Shown here: in pieces, positions 46,222 to 56,183 of the stretch
Layout: every line of letters begins with the position of its first letter
How positions within the stretch are numbered: the first letter of the stretch is position 1
Source: Candidatus Chisholmbacteria bacterium
Lineage (GTDB): Bacteria; Patescibacteriota; Microgenomatia; UBA1400; Chisholmbacteraceae
Assembly (NCBI GenBank): GCA_963704905.1
Contig: CAVPHZ010000002.1
Location: 428,905 to 492,904 of the forward strand
Direction of reading: 5' to 3'
Length of the DNA: 64,000 nucleotides
Made by a program: the position numbers and the translations under genes
The notes under the pieces: generated by a model
What the model was told of the DNA's origin: nothing
Seen by the model: the letters and a program-made list of their open reading frames with translations, nothing else
The model's database searches: none

Positions 46222-48009
46222 TTACATCTTCTTCGGAGCTTTTATCCCCAGCAGGTAAAGCCCATTGTAGAGAATCTGCGCAACTGAAGCAGAGAGTGCT
46301 AAACGAAATTCTACTTGATCACTGCTATCAGCCCTCAATATCGAGTGCTTGTTGTAAAACGTATTGAACCGCTGGGCTAATTCAAACAAGTACGTACAAA
46401 CAACGCTCGGTGCATACTCCTTCGCCGCCTGCTTTACCACCTCAGGATACCGGTATAACCATCTCAAAATCGCCTGCTCTTCTCGAGCAAATTTCATACC
46501 TTTAAAGGTTGAACCCTTAAAGGTGCTCGTTTTCACCTTTCCAAGCACACTTCGTGCTCGAGCATAGGTATATTGAAGATACGGTCCGCTGTTCCCTTCA
46601 AAACTCACCGACTCGTCAAAATCAAATGCAATATCTTTGACAGGTGAAACTTTAAGCATCGCATACTTTACTGCCGCAACCGCCACCATCTCCGACACCT
46701 CATCCTTCTTTTTCCCTTCCAAATCCGAGTCCTTCATAATCTGCAAGACCCGTTTTTTCGCCTCATCCAAAAGCCATTCACCCGTAACCACATTCCCTTT
46801 CCGCGAACTCATCTTTCCGCTCTTCAGCTGCACGTACCCATAGGCAAAATGTTCCTGTTTCCCTTTGAATTTCTCAGGATCTAATAATTCCTCAACCTTA
46901 AAAGTTACCGAAAAAAAGCTCTTCTGTTCAGGTCCCACCACATGGATGCACTGGTCAATCTCTCCAAACTCACTGAACTCCAAACTCGCCAGACCCAACT
47001 CCTTCCCCTCATATGTAGGTAAATCTTCTTTGGTTAAAAACACCCGGGTATGCAAACCGTACGGCTCTCCATCAAACACCACAGCACCTTGACTCTTCTT
47101 GAGAATACCTTTCTTGAGCGCTTCTACTGCTTTTTTCTTCCCTGGTTCTGCCACTTCGCTCTCGAAAAATAATCGATCGTAATGCGTATAGACCCTCGCG
47201 TATATCGAAGTAAAATACGCCAGACTCCACGCCCGTGTCTTTTTCCAAAGCGGTATAATCGATGGATCCATCAAATAAATCTTTTTATTCAGCTCTTGAA
47301 TCTGCTTTTTACTTTTCTCATCCTCTTCATATGCATCATTTCCAGCCACATATGCTTTACCTAAAAACTTCATTTGCTCTGCAGGTTTCATCTTAGATTT
47401 TGGCAATCCGAGTTTTTGCACTCCCCATAAAGCCTTGGCTACATGAAGCCCCACATCCCCTTGATAATTTGTCCGTATGACTTTTGCTCCCTGAGACTCA
47501 AGCAACCGAACTAAAGATTCACCCAAACTAATATTCCTCAAGTGACCAATATGAAATTGTTTATGAGTATTCGGATGAGCAAACTCGACCATGAGTTTTT
47601 TCTTCAACAGCGATTTTCCCAGACCAGCTGAATTCTTAGAAGTGTAAACCCTGTTCATTTCTTCCAGAAGAAAATCATCCGATAATGTAAAATTAATAAA
47701 CCCCGGCCCAGCAACCTCTACTTTCTTGACAAGCTTGCTAAACTCTTCCAGAGCAAGCTTGTCATCCTGAGCACGCTTGGCGGCATGTGAGCCGCCAGGC
47801 AAACGAAGGACTTTTTTTAATTGCTCAGCAATTCTCTTCGCTAATTCTCCGGGATTCTTCTGTGCTTTTTTGGCCAAAAGCAATGCAACATTGCTTGCAA
47901 AATCACCGTGAGATTCATCAGCAGGATGCTCGAGATCCACACCATCATCCGGCAGTTTCATTACCTTCAAAATTTCTTTAAGTTGGTTTTTTATCTTTTG
48001 CTCAATCAT
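46222..48009 (-). CDS. argS: arginyl-tRNA synthetase
   Basis: Class I HIGH motif in FAHPNTHKQFHIGHLRNISLGESL. 595 aa. The C-terminal DALR-type anticodon-binding region is plausible. Confidence 0.85.
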   Translation of the reverse strand: MIEQKIKNQLKEILKVMKLPDDGVDLEHPADESHGDFASNVALLLAKKAQKNPGELAKRIAEQLKKVLRLPGGSHAAKRAQDDKLALEEFSKLVKKVEVAGPGFINFTLSDDFLLEEMNRVYTSKNSAGLGKSLLKKKLMVEFAHPNTHKQFHIGHLRNISLGESLVRLLESQGAKVIRTNYQGDVGLHVAKALWGVQKLGLPKSKMKPAEQMKFLGKAYVAGNDAYEEDEKSKKQIQELNKKIYLMDPSIIPLWKKTRAWSLAYFTSIYARVYTHYDRLFFESEVAEPGKKKAVEALKKGILKKSQGAVVFDGEPYGLHTRVFLTKEDLPTYEGKELGLASLEFSEFGEIDQCIHVVGPEQKSFFSVTFKVEELLDPEKFKGKQEHFAYGYVQLKSGKMSSRKGNVVTGEWLLDEAKKRVLQIMKDSDLEGKKKDEVSEMVAVAAVKYAMLKVSPVKDIAFDFDESVSFEGNSGPYLQYTYARARSVLGKVKTSTFKGSTFKGMKFAREEQAILRWLYRYPEVVKQAAKEYAPSVVCTYLFELAQRFNTFYNKHSILRADSSDQVEFRLALSASVAQILYNGLYLLGIKAPKKM

Positions 48010-48320
48010 AGGTTCTCAATCTTGCAAGATGTCACCTTCAAAGATATTTTACTCCACAACCGCAACCGCCAACCTTACTTCTCCAAAGTGTGAATTTGCG
48101 TAATCTCCACCTCCGGATCTCCAGGATACACCGGCATCCCCGAATACAATGGTTGCGACAAATCAATCACTTTCATAGATCACCATAGTTTATCAGGGAA
48201 AAAAACGCTTGCCTAGTACTCTGAAGTAAATCCTCATGATGAAGTCTCCTATGCATGCAAAACGTCTTCACTCGCTAATCAGATTGACAATTAATAGTTC
48301 TCTGCTACCATTTCTCGACT

Positions 48321-49151
48321 ATGCCAAGACGGGTTGAAAACCACGAAATAGATAGATCAATAGCAGTCGAACTAATAAACAACGCATCAGACTTTATGCT
48401 TGACCATCCAGATTTATCAAGAAGAGGTTTTATGGCATTGCTTGCTGCGGCTCTTGGTATTCCCGCGTATTTGGCTCTTAATAAACTCCTCTCCACACTC
48501 CCTAGTGAGCTCGAAAGAGCTTGTTATGAAGCCGAACGAGAGTTTCCAGAAATTATCAGTTTCGAAATGGTTGACGCCCGCAATCTGCTTATTAATGGCA
48601 CTTCCGCTGCACAGTCCATCCACCAATCTGATCAGAATTCATGGAAGCAGTTATGGAAATTATTTCCGCATGATTTTGTAGAGAGCAATGCTTTTGTACA
48701 TACCTTTCTTGATTTCCGCCACAGCAAAGAGTATGAACAGCATGTTGTTGATATCAACAGAACTTGCCTTATCACTCCCTCTGAAAATCAGCAGGTGCAC
48801 TCCTGGACTACCCGCTTTCCCGAGTTTCCTCTCAACTTCCAAACCCTGCCAATCGAGGAAAAACAGCGCTTCATCGCAGATCTTGAGTTTGGGCTAAGTG
48901 GAAATTTGTATGCCATCTACGATGTCATCCTCCCCACAAACCTCCCGCCAACTGCCGAAATTGAATTTGATCAGGAATTTCTCGATGGTTACAGAAAAAA
49001 AGTAGGAAATGGATCTCTCCCCAATCTCCTCAAGGTTGAACTCAGAGATCCATTACCAAGCCTCACCCCTCAGGCAAAACTGGAACTGGTTCAAACAACC
49101 GATACCTGGATTCATCCAGTTCCATGCATTCAGGCACCAATCCGTGCCTAA
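48321..49151 (+). CDS. hypothetical protein with Tat-like signal peptide
   Basis: From the alternative start at 48396: MLDHPDLSRRGFMALLAAALGIPAYLA (S-RR-x-F + hydrophobic core + A-x-A-like). Confidence 0.35.
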   Translation: MPRRVENHEIDRSIAVELINNASDFMLDHPDLSRRGFMALLAAALGIPAYLALNKLLSTLPSELERACYEAEREFPEIISFEMVDARNLLINGTSAAQSIHQSDQNSWKQLWKLFPHDFVESNAFVHTFLDFRHSKEYEQHVVDINRTCLITPSENQQVHSWTTRFPEFPLNFQTLPIEEKQRFIADLEFGLSGNLYAIYDVILPTNLPPTAEIEFDQEFLDGYRKKVGNGSLPNLLKVELRDPLPSLTPQAKLELVQTTDTWIHPVPCIQAPIRA

Positions 49152-49178
49152 AAAGTCATTGAATTAATCAACCTAGTC

Positions 49179-50762
49179 TTACCATTGAAGCTTGTTCTGT
49201 CGATAGACTTTCCCACCTTCTCGAGGTCCTCCGCCGTAAATTTGCACAATAACATGACCATCATCACTATATGAAATACCTGCCAATATTCGTTGTTTTC
49301 TCGTCGGCTTAAACCGATGCGTGATCAGTACCCCTTCTCGTTCGATTGGGTGTGGTAATGAAAACAGCATAGAAACATGAGGCTCACGAGTCGCAAAAAT
49401 ATGCATCAGCATACGCAGGTGCTCTGCATAAAGATGTCGTAATCCCCTAGGAATGATCTGCATTCCCAAATCATCTTCCCCAAAGCTTGCATCTTCAATC
49501 AGTGTACCATCTGGAAGATGGAGAATGACAAGCCGCTCATCGGCTATCTCATCTGTCAATTGAATGTCAAACTCTTCAGGAATTGGATCGCCTCGGCCTA
49601 CAAAGGGCAAGTCTAAATGTTGTACACTGAGCCGTTTTATTGATCCATACGCTTGCCACTCACGCAATAACTCCCTGCGGTGGAACCACAGCACATGATC
49701 TCTAAATGGAGAAGCAGTCCGATTCTGAGTGCCCCAATCCTGAATGATTTGACTACTGACCTCCTCTAGATGAGATGAATATGAAGAGTTATTCTCTTCA
49801 TCGCCAGTATCAAAAGATTGCAGTAAACGTTGAGCCAGATCAACAGTAAACCAAGGGGTATCTCCCAGCCATAACGCAAGATCATCTTGCGCGTCCCTGG
49901 ATGTCGCTTCCTCAACTATCCAATCGAGGTACCGGTGAATCTCATCAATATGAGGTTCTCCTCGTATCCGTTTGGTATACATCGCCATGAAATGGTCAAT
50001 ATGGGCAGGAAAGAGTAATCCAAAGGCTAGAGCTAATTGTGAGTCCTTTACAGCCCATGCCGCATGTTCATTCTGCAATCGATTTTCAAATTTGGTTCGT
50101 TCTTGACCAAGCTGTTGTCGTTCTGCGCTCAACTGCGTTCGCTGTCCTTCAATTTCCGCTAACCGTTGGCGTGTCTCATCAACCTGCTGCCTTTCTAACT
50201 CAACGGTCATTTCCAGCAATGGAAATTTGATATTCGCATTATCTCGCTGTAAAACTGCTTTTTCAAAAGCAAATTTTAGTCTGGCAAATGCTTCATTGAT
50301 ATCTTCAGGACCACCACGCTGAATAACTCTGCGTTGCTTTTTCTTTAAACTGCGTTGTACCTCATGAAACGCTCGTGTTTGTTCTCGTTCTAGAGTACGC
50401 AATGCATCAAAATCCTCTTGGATCTCCCCTAGTTGGCCAGTAATATCTTTGTCTTGGAACCAATTAAATGCCTCTATTACAAGCCCATCCTCAGTATGCA
50501 ATAAATCTTGTGTTGCTTCAAAAAACTTCTGTTCAAACGGTTGTAATACTCCCTGAAGCTCAGGAATTTCAAACAGCAAACCTGCCATCCTCTCCCCAAC
50601 CAGAGTTTGGGTCAGCTGGTTGCTTAATGATGCAATCTCCTCAGTTGGAAACCCCTCACCTGACCTGGATTCCAGTAAAGAAGCTGGTTCTGATTCAACC
50701 GTCATAAATGGCCCATAGATATATCGCGCTGTACTATAACCCAAATAAATACTCTTGAGCAA
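49179..50762 (-). CDS. hypothetical protein with central coiled-coil (527 aa)
   Basis: Central region has a heptad-like charged pattern (LERQQVDETRQRLAEIEGQRTQLSAERQQLGQERTKFENRLQ). No enzyme motifs recognised. Confidence 0.35.
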   Translation of the reverse strand: MLKSIYLGYSTARYIYGPFMTVESEPASLLESRSGEGFPTEEIASLSNQLTQTLVGERMAGLLFEIPELQGVLQPFEQKFFEATQDLLHTEDGLVIEAFNWFQDKDITGQLGEIQEDFDALRTLEREQTRAFHEVQRSLKKKQRRVIQRGGPEDINEAFARLKFAFEKAVLQRDNANIKFPLLEMTVELERQQVDETRQRLAEIEGQRTQLSAERQQLGQERTKFENRLQNEHAAWAVKDSQLALAFGLLFPAHIDHFMAMYTKRIRGEPHIDEIHRYLDWIVEEATSRDAQDDLALWLGDTPWFTVDLAQRLLQSFDTGDEENNSSYSSHLEEVSSQIIQDWGTQNRTASPFRDHVLWFHRRELLREWQAYGSIKRLSVQHLDLPFVGRGDPIPEEFDIQLTDEIADERLVILHLPDGTLIEDASFGEDDLGMQIIPRGLRHLYAEHLRMLMHIFATREPHVSMLFSLPHPIEREGVLITHRFKPTRKQRILAGISYSDDGHVIVQIYGGGPREGGKVYRQNKLQW

Positions 50763-50796
50763 TATGAAATTGAAAGAGAGTCAAAACGAAAAACGC

Positions 50797-51342
50797 CTAT
50801 GGATCAACACAAATAGTATCACCAAAGTGAACCAGATCTGGTAAGCGTTGAAGGGTATGCTTTACTCCGTCCCAATCAATATGAAGATATGGTGGTTGCT
50901 CGAGCACACCAGGTTTACCGGCAGCCAAAGCGGCTCGAAATGCATTTGGAACCTCACGAGTTATTGTTTGACAGCTCCAACCTCCATCTGGAACCGGCGT
51001 CGCTGGTGGGGAAGGTGTCAACGTAACCGCTTGGGTAATTATATCTGCAAACCGCTGTACGGACTCGCTCGGAGAAGCAGTCTGTGTTGCAACTGCCTGA
51101 GTCGCTAGCTGAGCATCCTTTATCAGATCAATGCCATAGCGGGCCAGCTGGTCATCGGCCCAATGAACCGCTAAGCTGGCACCAGCAACTGGAATACCCA
51201 GGGCAATTCCCCAAGTAACAAAGTAAGAAAACATTCCTCCTTCTACCCAGCCCAATTTACGTTCTATTGGTTGTGTTACAAGTCTAGCGCCAAAATTACA
51301 CGCACCTAGATATGCACCTGCAGCTTCTTTGAGCACTCCCAT
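50797..51342 (-). CDS. hypothetical membrane-associated protein (181 aa)
   Basis: Hydrophobic helix (MFSYFVTWGIALGIPVAGASLAV). Confidence 0.3.
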   Translation of the reverse strand: MGVLKEAAGAYLGACNFGARLVTQPIERKLGWVEGGMFSYFVTWGIALGIPVAGASLAVHWADDQLARYGIDLIKDAQLATQAVATQTASPSESVQRFADIITQAVTLTPSPPATPVPDGGWSCQTITREVPNAFRAALAAGKPGVLEQPPYLHIDWDGVKHTLQRLPDLVHFGDTICVDP

Positions 51343-51469
51343 GATTTCTCTCCTATCTGGTAAGATATCTAAACTAGCTGCACATCATACTATTTCTCGA
51401 GAGAAAGTCAAATAAAAACATCAACCTTCACGAAAAAATGACTACAGTGAGAGTGGTATGTAGGAAATA

Positions 51470-52168
51470 TTATTGACTTCCCACTGTGGTAAAACCTTGA
51501 TCTTGAAGTCTGGAAATATCCTCATTCATTGCAGATTTGAACGATTCCCCAAGTGTTACCTGATCAAAATACGTTTGAAAGATTTGCTCAACACATGGGA
51601 AGGGTTGTGATTTTACCTTTTCAGTTCTACTAGGTTCGCCAATATCACACATAGAGATCACCACAGTTTTTTCTCCCTGCAACTCACCAATTGACGCGAC
51701 TAGATATCGTTCGGGTTTCCCATTTCCCAACTCAATTAACTGCACAGGTTGAAGTTGATGTTCTGTGAATCGCTTTCCTAGACTCTGCGTAAGTCCCAGA
51801 ACAGTAATTCTCTCTCCAGCGCAGTTTGTACGTTTATCAAGCTCATCTGCTCGGCTACGTGTAAATAATCTATTCCGCTTACCAGTTTCTTTGGGTCTGG
51901 GAGAGTCAGAGAGTGCGAGACATTCAACGAGAACTGCTCCAAACATTCTTGAAAGCTCATCTAACTGTGCTTGATCTAAAGATTGAGGATTAACACTAAC
52001 CTCCGGCTGAACCCGTTGAGTCATTGATGCCACTGGCCGCTTCTTTTCAGGTTCATCTTTTGGCCGTAGTAGATGACCTCGTAAATAATCTTCATAGTAG
52101 GAATCCGTCATGGTAAAACCGATTGTAGCATGTCGATATTTAAGACTGATCTTATCTTGAAGACGCAA
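51470..52168 (-). CDS. hypothetical protein (232 aa)
   Basis: ORF only. Confidence 0.3.
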   Translation of the reverse strand: MRLQDKISLKYRHATIGFTMTDSYYEDYLRGHLLRPKDEPEKKRPVASMTQRVQPEVSVNPQSLDQAQLDELSRMFGAVLVECLALSDSPRPKETGKRNRLFTRSRADELDKRTNCAGERITVLGLTQSLGKRFTEHQLQPVQLIELGNGKPERYLVASIGELQGEKTVVISMCDIGEPSRTEKVKSQPFPCVEQIFQTYFDQVTLGESFKSAMNEDISRLQDQGFTTVGSQ

Positions 52169-52235
52169 TGCTTGTCCAAGTACACTGATAAACTAATGCT
52201 CATCATCCATACACTTTTCCTTGAGCTCACCTCGG

Positions 52236-53120
52236 CTAATGACTCCACATCTTATCTCCATCACTCACCACCTCAACATCTCCACGTAGATCAGTGCGCA
52301 GAATACGCGCTCCAACAGCCTCCAATCGTCCTAGAACTTCTTTCGTAGGATGGCCGTGTGAATTGTTCCTTCCCACAGAAATGATCGAAATCTCTGGCTT
52401 TACCGCCTGGAGAAATTCATCTGAGCTCGAATTTTTAGATCCATGATGTGCTACCTTGAGAACATCGATATCTTCAAGGTAGTCACTGCTGAGTAATTGG
52501 TTTTCTGCATTAAACCCAATATCACCGGTAAATATCGCGTCGAACTCTCCATACTGAAGTTGAAGAACCACAGAAGTTTCATTCAAATCATCCTGAATAC
52601 CTTCAGTTGCTTGCAAGTCTGCACCGTCGCCACTTGAACTCATCCTCTCCCTCGGCCATAGGACAGTGAATGTCAATGAACCAATACGAATCACATCTCC
52701 ATGGCGTGGAACAAGCATATCTGATGAGGCAGACTGAAGAACTTCTTGAAATGCATAGTACTCTGCAGTTTCATTCTTCAAACCTGTTCCAACAAACTCC
52801 TCAATCGTATAGCGAGACAGTACCGAAATTAACCCAGTCATATGATCTGCCTGAGGATGAGAAAGTACCACCAGATCTATGGAACGATCCCAAAATGGCA
52901 TATGTCGAGATAGGCATTCAAGCACTGAATCATCTGGTCCTCCATCAATCAAAATTTGAGTCTGCTGATAGGTAATCAGAAACGCGTCTCCTTGACCGAC
53001 ATCACAGGCGATGATGTGAAGATATTCATCGGGAAGAGAGTAAACAATCGCCCAGACCAACCCAGTACCCAGAAAAAATCCTATCAACAGCCAGCGCATT
53101 AACCATCGCTGTTCCAACAT
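52236..53120 (-). CDS. ComEC-type metallo-beta-lactamase domain protein (stand-alone, N-terminal TM anchor)
   Basis: N-terminal TM; CDVGQGDAFLI...ILIDGGP...DLVVLSHPQADHMTGL...AHHGSKNSS are the MBL-fold motifs in the arrangement seen at ComEC C-termini. Confidence 0.65.
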   Translation of the reverse strand: MLEQRWLMRWLLIGFFLGTGLVWAIVYSLPDEYLHIIACDVGQGDAFLITYQQTQILIDGGPDDSVLECLSRHMPFWDRSIDLVVLSHPQADHMTGLISVLSRYTIEEFVGTGLKNETAEYYAFQEVLQSASSDMLVPRHGDVIRIGSLTFTVLWPRERMSSSGDGADLQATEGIQDDLNETSVVLQLQYGEFDAIFTGDIGFNAENQLLSSDYLEDIDVLKVAHHGSKNSSSDEFLQAVKPEISIISVGRNNSHGHPTKEVLGRLEAVGARILRTDLRGDVEVVSDGDKMWSH

Positions 53121-53233
53121 ATTCTCCGCCCGACTAATCGGATACTATCTCCTACACACAATGCTTCTCAATAATATGGATAGTCTGTATCTTCTGTAAG
53201 AATATACATTAACCTAACTTCACGTACGTATAC

Positions 53234-53977
53234 TCATAACGACGATTCTCGTTCCAATAAAGAATTATAAGATAATATTACTTGCTTTCTGCCAAAATTT
53301 TCGGGAACTAATTCGTCCGGTAGACAAGGATCATCAAGGATGAGCCGTTCAAAAGTCTCCTTCAATTTTTGGTCCGCCCGGACAACTTCTCGACATCGAC
53401 TCGAAAATTCATGATATCGCTGTTGAAGAGAGCTCAACTTCCAAACTTTCTCTGCCAGATCATGATCTCCAAATCCACTAATCGTCTTCGCTTCAACGAC
53501 TACCACAGCCTGTGATAAGCGACTCTCTTGGAGATATTTCTCAAGAACTTCTTCTACAGGATAAGGAGTAATCCAAATAGACTTCTGGAGCTGTCCAAAG
53601 TGGATCGACTTCAGGAAAAAACGCAATCGATCACGTATCCGCCGTTCTGCTTCTTCAATGTCAAACACAACCAATCTCCACATTCCATCCCAAGAACGCG
53701 TAGTAGCATAGACTTCTCCCATGCGTTTTCTGATGCGTTGTTGTCCTCGGGTAGTTAAGTGATAAGATGCATGCTTTCCTCTCCCATCACGTAACAAGTA
53801 ACCTACTCTCACCAAACGCCGAACTGAACTCTCCACCGACCCCTCTGCATACGGCAATCCTGCAGAATATCGGTAAGGATTAGTCAGAATGGTATCAATT
53901 TCACCCAAAGTATCAATGCTCAAAGCGAAAACTTGCAGAAGCAAATCACCTAGTCTGATTCGATTTTCTTTGGGCAT
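53234..53977 (-). CDS. winged-helix transcriptional regulator, PaaX-like (tentative)
   Basis: N-terminal wHTH-like region (RLGDLLLQVFALS...VRRLVRVGYLLRDGRGKHASYHLTTRGQQRI) with a C-terminal helical domain. The family assignment is weak. Confidence 0.3.
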   Translation of the reverse strand: MPKENRIRLGDLLLQVFALSIDTLGEIDTILTNPYRYSAGLPYAEGSVESSVRRLVRVGYLLRDGRGKHASYHLTTRGQQRIRKRMGEVYATTRSWDGMWRLVVFDIEEAERRIRDRLRFFLKSIHFGQLQKSIWITPYPVEEVLEKYLQESRLSQAVVVVEAKTISGFGDHDLAEKVWKLSSLQQRYHEFSSRCREVVRADQKLKETFERLILDDPCLPDELVPENFGRKQVILSYNSLLERESSL

Positions 53978-54103
53978 ATTAATATGAGAATACCACAATA
54001 TTGAGCAATATAAATATATTATATATCGTTAATTAAAATACACGATCGCGTAGACAGAGTAACATATGCAACATAATAATCACAATTGTCATCATTATTG
54101 CAG

Positions 54104-55381
54104 TTATCTCGCTGAACTGTGTTTCTGAAACACAATGTTAGTTCGAAAGATCAAATAAATAATCACGTAATACACGACGATCAATAACCATGAGGTACCC
54201 GATATTTGCAGTTGAGCAAATGGGATCGATCCAAAAAAATTAACAATCCAAATAAAAATCGCCAAAGGAACCCAAACAAACAGCGCAACCAATTGTGCAA
54301 AAGGTAAAGATACAAATGATGCAAGTATGAGGAACCCTCCCATTCCCATTATCAGAGGTATAAGTGGGACAATAAGAATATTCACCAGTGGAGATATCCA
54401 ACTGATTCGCTCAAAGTGGTAAAGCAGAAGCGGTAAAACCATGATTTGCGCTCCTAAGGTTACGCTCAGCTCTTCAATCAATCCACCACCTACATGCTGC
54501 CGAAATCTTGATAAAAAAGTAACCAATTGGGGTGTAAGCACCAATATTCCCAGAGTTGCAGCCACAGAAAGCTGAAAACCGATATCAAAAACAATCAAGG
54601 GGGAAAAGAGAGCCATAGCAAGGCTCGTAACAAAAAGAACCCAAATACCATGATATTGCTTGCCATAATAGTGACCAAAGAGAGCATACATTCCCATTAA
54701 ACCAGCCCGAACTACGGGAGGATCCGCTCCAGCCAGAATAACATACAAAATGACACCGAAAATAACGAAAACAATAGAAGTCCGTCTCGAAAAGAAGTGT
54801 AAAAAGAGATATGACAACACACCTGCAATGACACTGACGTTATATCCAGAAGCAACAACCACATGAAGTGTTCCTGTTTGTTGTAATGCAGTCGAAAATG
54901 TCTCCGGCAACGAACGTCGTTGTCCCAGGAGAACGCCGCTGAGGAGCGATGCGTGTGGCTCGGGTAATAAACGACCAATATTCTGCATAAGTTTGCTTCT
55001 AAACTGAAGCAGCATTGATACAACCTGATATTGAAGAGCTGAAACCATTTCTTGCTTCTGAGTTAACACGCGAATAGAAGGATCTATCAAAATGAAATTG
55101 ACATCTCCAAATTTTGTCAGCTGATGAATAACTTTGCCAGATACTTCTAATCGGTCTCCATAAACATAGGTAGGAAATTGAGGTGCAATAACTGTAACCG
55201 TTCCAATTCGGATGATCTGTTTAGTATCCTTATGATATGGTTGAGAAGTTACTCTTGCTCGTAAAGATACTCTCTGTCCTTCTTGCAGGCGAGAATAGAC
55301 TGCAACCGCCCTGTGATATCGTATATTCCATAATAGAACAATTAATATTAAAATAGATAAATATATAATAGTACGCATCAA
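54104..55381 (-). CDS. comEC: ComEC/Rec2 DNA-internalisation channel protein (DUF4131 + competence membrane domain; lacks the MBL domain)
   Basis: N-terminal TM plus OB-like region (RVSLRARVTSQP...TVIAPQFPTYVYGDRLEVSGKV), then a polytopic membrane domain with FLILASFVSLPFAQLVALFVWVPLAIFIWIV-type helices typical of the ComEC 'Competence' domain. Confidence 0.6.
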   Translation of the reverse strand: MMRTIIYLSILILIVLLWNIRYHRAVAVYSRLQEGQRVSLRARVTSQPYHKDTKQIIRIGTVTVIAPQFPTYVYGDRLEVSGKVIHQLTKFGDVNFILIDPSIRVLTQKQEMVSALQYQVVSMLLQFRSKLMQNIGRLLPEPHASLLSGVLLGQRRSLPETFSTALQQTGTLHVVVASGYNVSVIAGVLSYLFLHFFSRRTSIVFVIFGVILYVILAGADPPVVRAGLMGMYALFGHYYGKQYHGIWVLFVTSLAMALFSPLIVFDIGFQLSVAATLGILVLTPQLVTFLSRFRQHVGGGLIEELSVTLGAQIMVLPLLLYHFERISWISPLVNILIVPLIPLIMGMGGFLILASFVSLPFAQLVALFVWVPLAIFIWIVNFFGSIPFAQLQISGTSWLLIVVYYVIIYLIFRTNIVFQKHSSAR

Positions 55382-55524
55382 TTATTATCTAACAACTACA
55401 ACTGAGATATGTTATTCAAAACTACGGTTATTTCATTGAGATATTTGTCTGAATATTATAATTACTAAAAGATCGATAATAATATGTAATAGTATGCAGA
55501 AAAAAGAAGAATAACCGAACTATT

Positions 55525-56154
55525 TCAGAATACTGAGAGCTCATGTTTAATCCGATCATAAATATTAGCTGGAATAACATTTTTTTCTCGTAACTGCTCC
55601 ACAGATTCATAAGGCCGGTGATCAATAATGTCCTGAGCTCGTTTCTCGCCAATTCCCCAAAGAGTATCCAAATCAGAAATAGTTGCGGTATTGATGTTCA
55701 TCTTTGCTGATGCATCCAATCCAAGAACATCACTTTGATCTTGATTGCTTTGAGTCTGCTGCTCCTGCTGATTCATTTGCTCACCAAGAAACGGAATGTA
55801 GATTTTGACTCCATCAGAAACCTTTTGAGCTAAATTGATATATTTACTGACCCAGTTTTGATCAGCATCGTCAGATACTCCACCTGCCATCTGTAGAACA
55901 TCAGCAACACGAACATCTCCTTCTAAACGATACACACCTGGGGTTTGAACCGCTCCCTCAACATCAACAAACACATAGTCATCCTTCTCATCTGATTCAT
56001 TGGTGCGAATAATCTCTACGTCCTGACTCGTATTCCCACGACTCAAAACAACTGCCGAAAGCACGCCAACACCCAATAAAAAAAGGCCCATAAGACCTAT
56101 TAGTAGTGTCGATCGATGCTCTTCAAAAAGTTCAGGAAGATTCATTAACCTCAA
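55525..56154 (-). CDS. comEA: competence protein ComEA (TM + SLBB + helix-hairpin-helix DNA-binding)
   Basis: TM; SLBB-like VFVDVEGAVQTPGVYRLEGDVRVADVLQMAGGV; C-terminal HhH NINTATISDLDTLWGIGEKRAQDIIDHR. Confidence 0.8.
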   Translation of the reverse strand: MRLMNLPELFEEHRSTLLIGLMGLFLLGVGVLSAVVLSRGNTSQDVEIIRTNESDEKDDYVFVDVEGAVQTPGVYRLEGDVRVADVLQMAGGVSDDADQNWVSKYINLAQKVSDGVKIYIPFLGEQMNQQEQQTQSNQDQSDVLGLDASAKMNINTATISDLDTLWGIGEKRAQDIIDHRPYESVEQLREKNVIPANIYDRIKHELSVF

Positions 56155-56183
56155 AATTACAAAACTTCCACAGTGCTGTCAAA

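Noticed and set aside
53234-53977. Confident PaaX assignment for the regulator between the two ComEC pieces
   Set aside because: Only a generic winged-helix pattern is recognisable. Phenylacetate catabolism genes are absent from the window and unlikely in a reduced genome, so it was kept as a tentative wHTH regulator.
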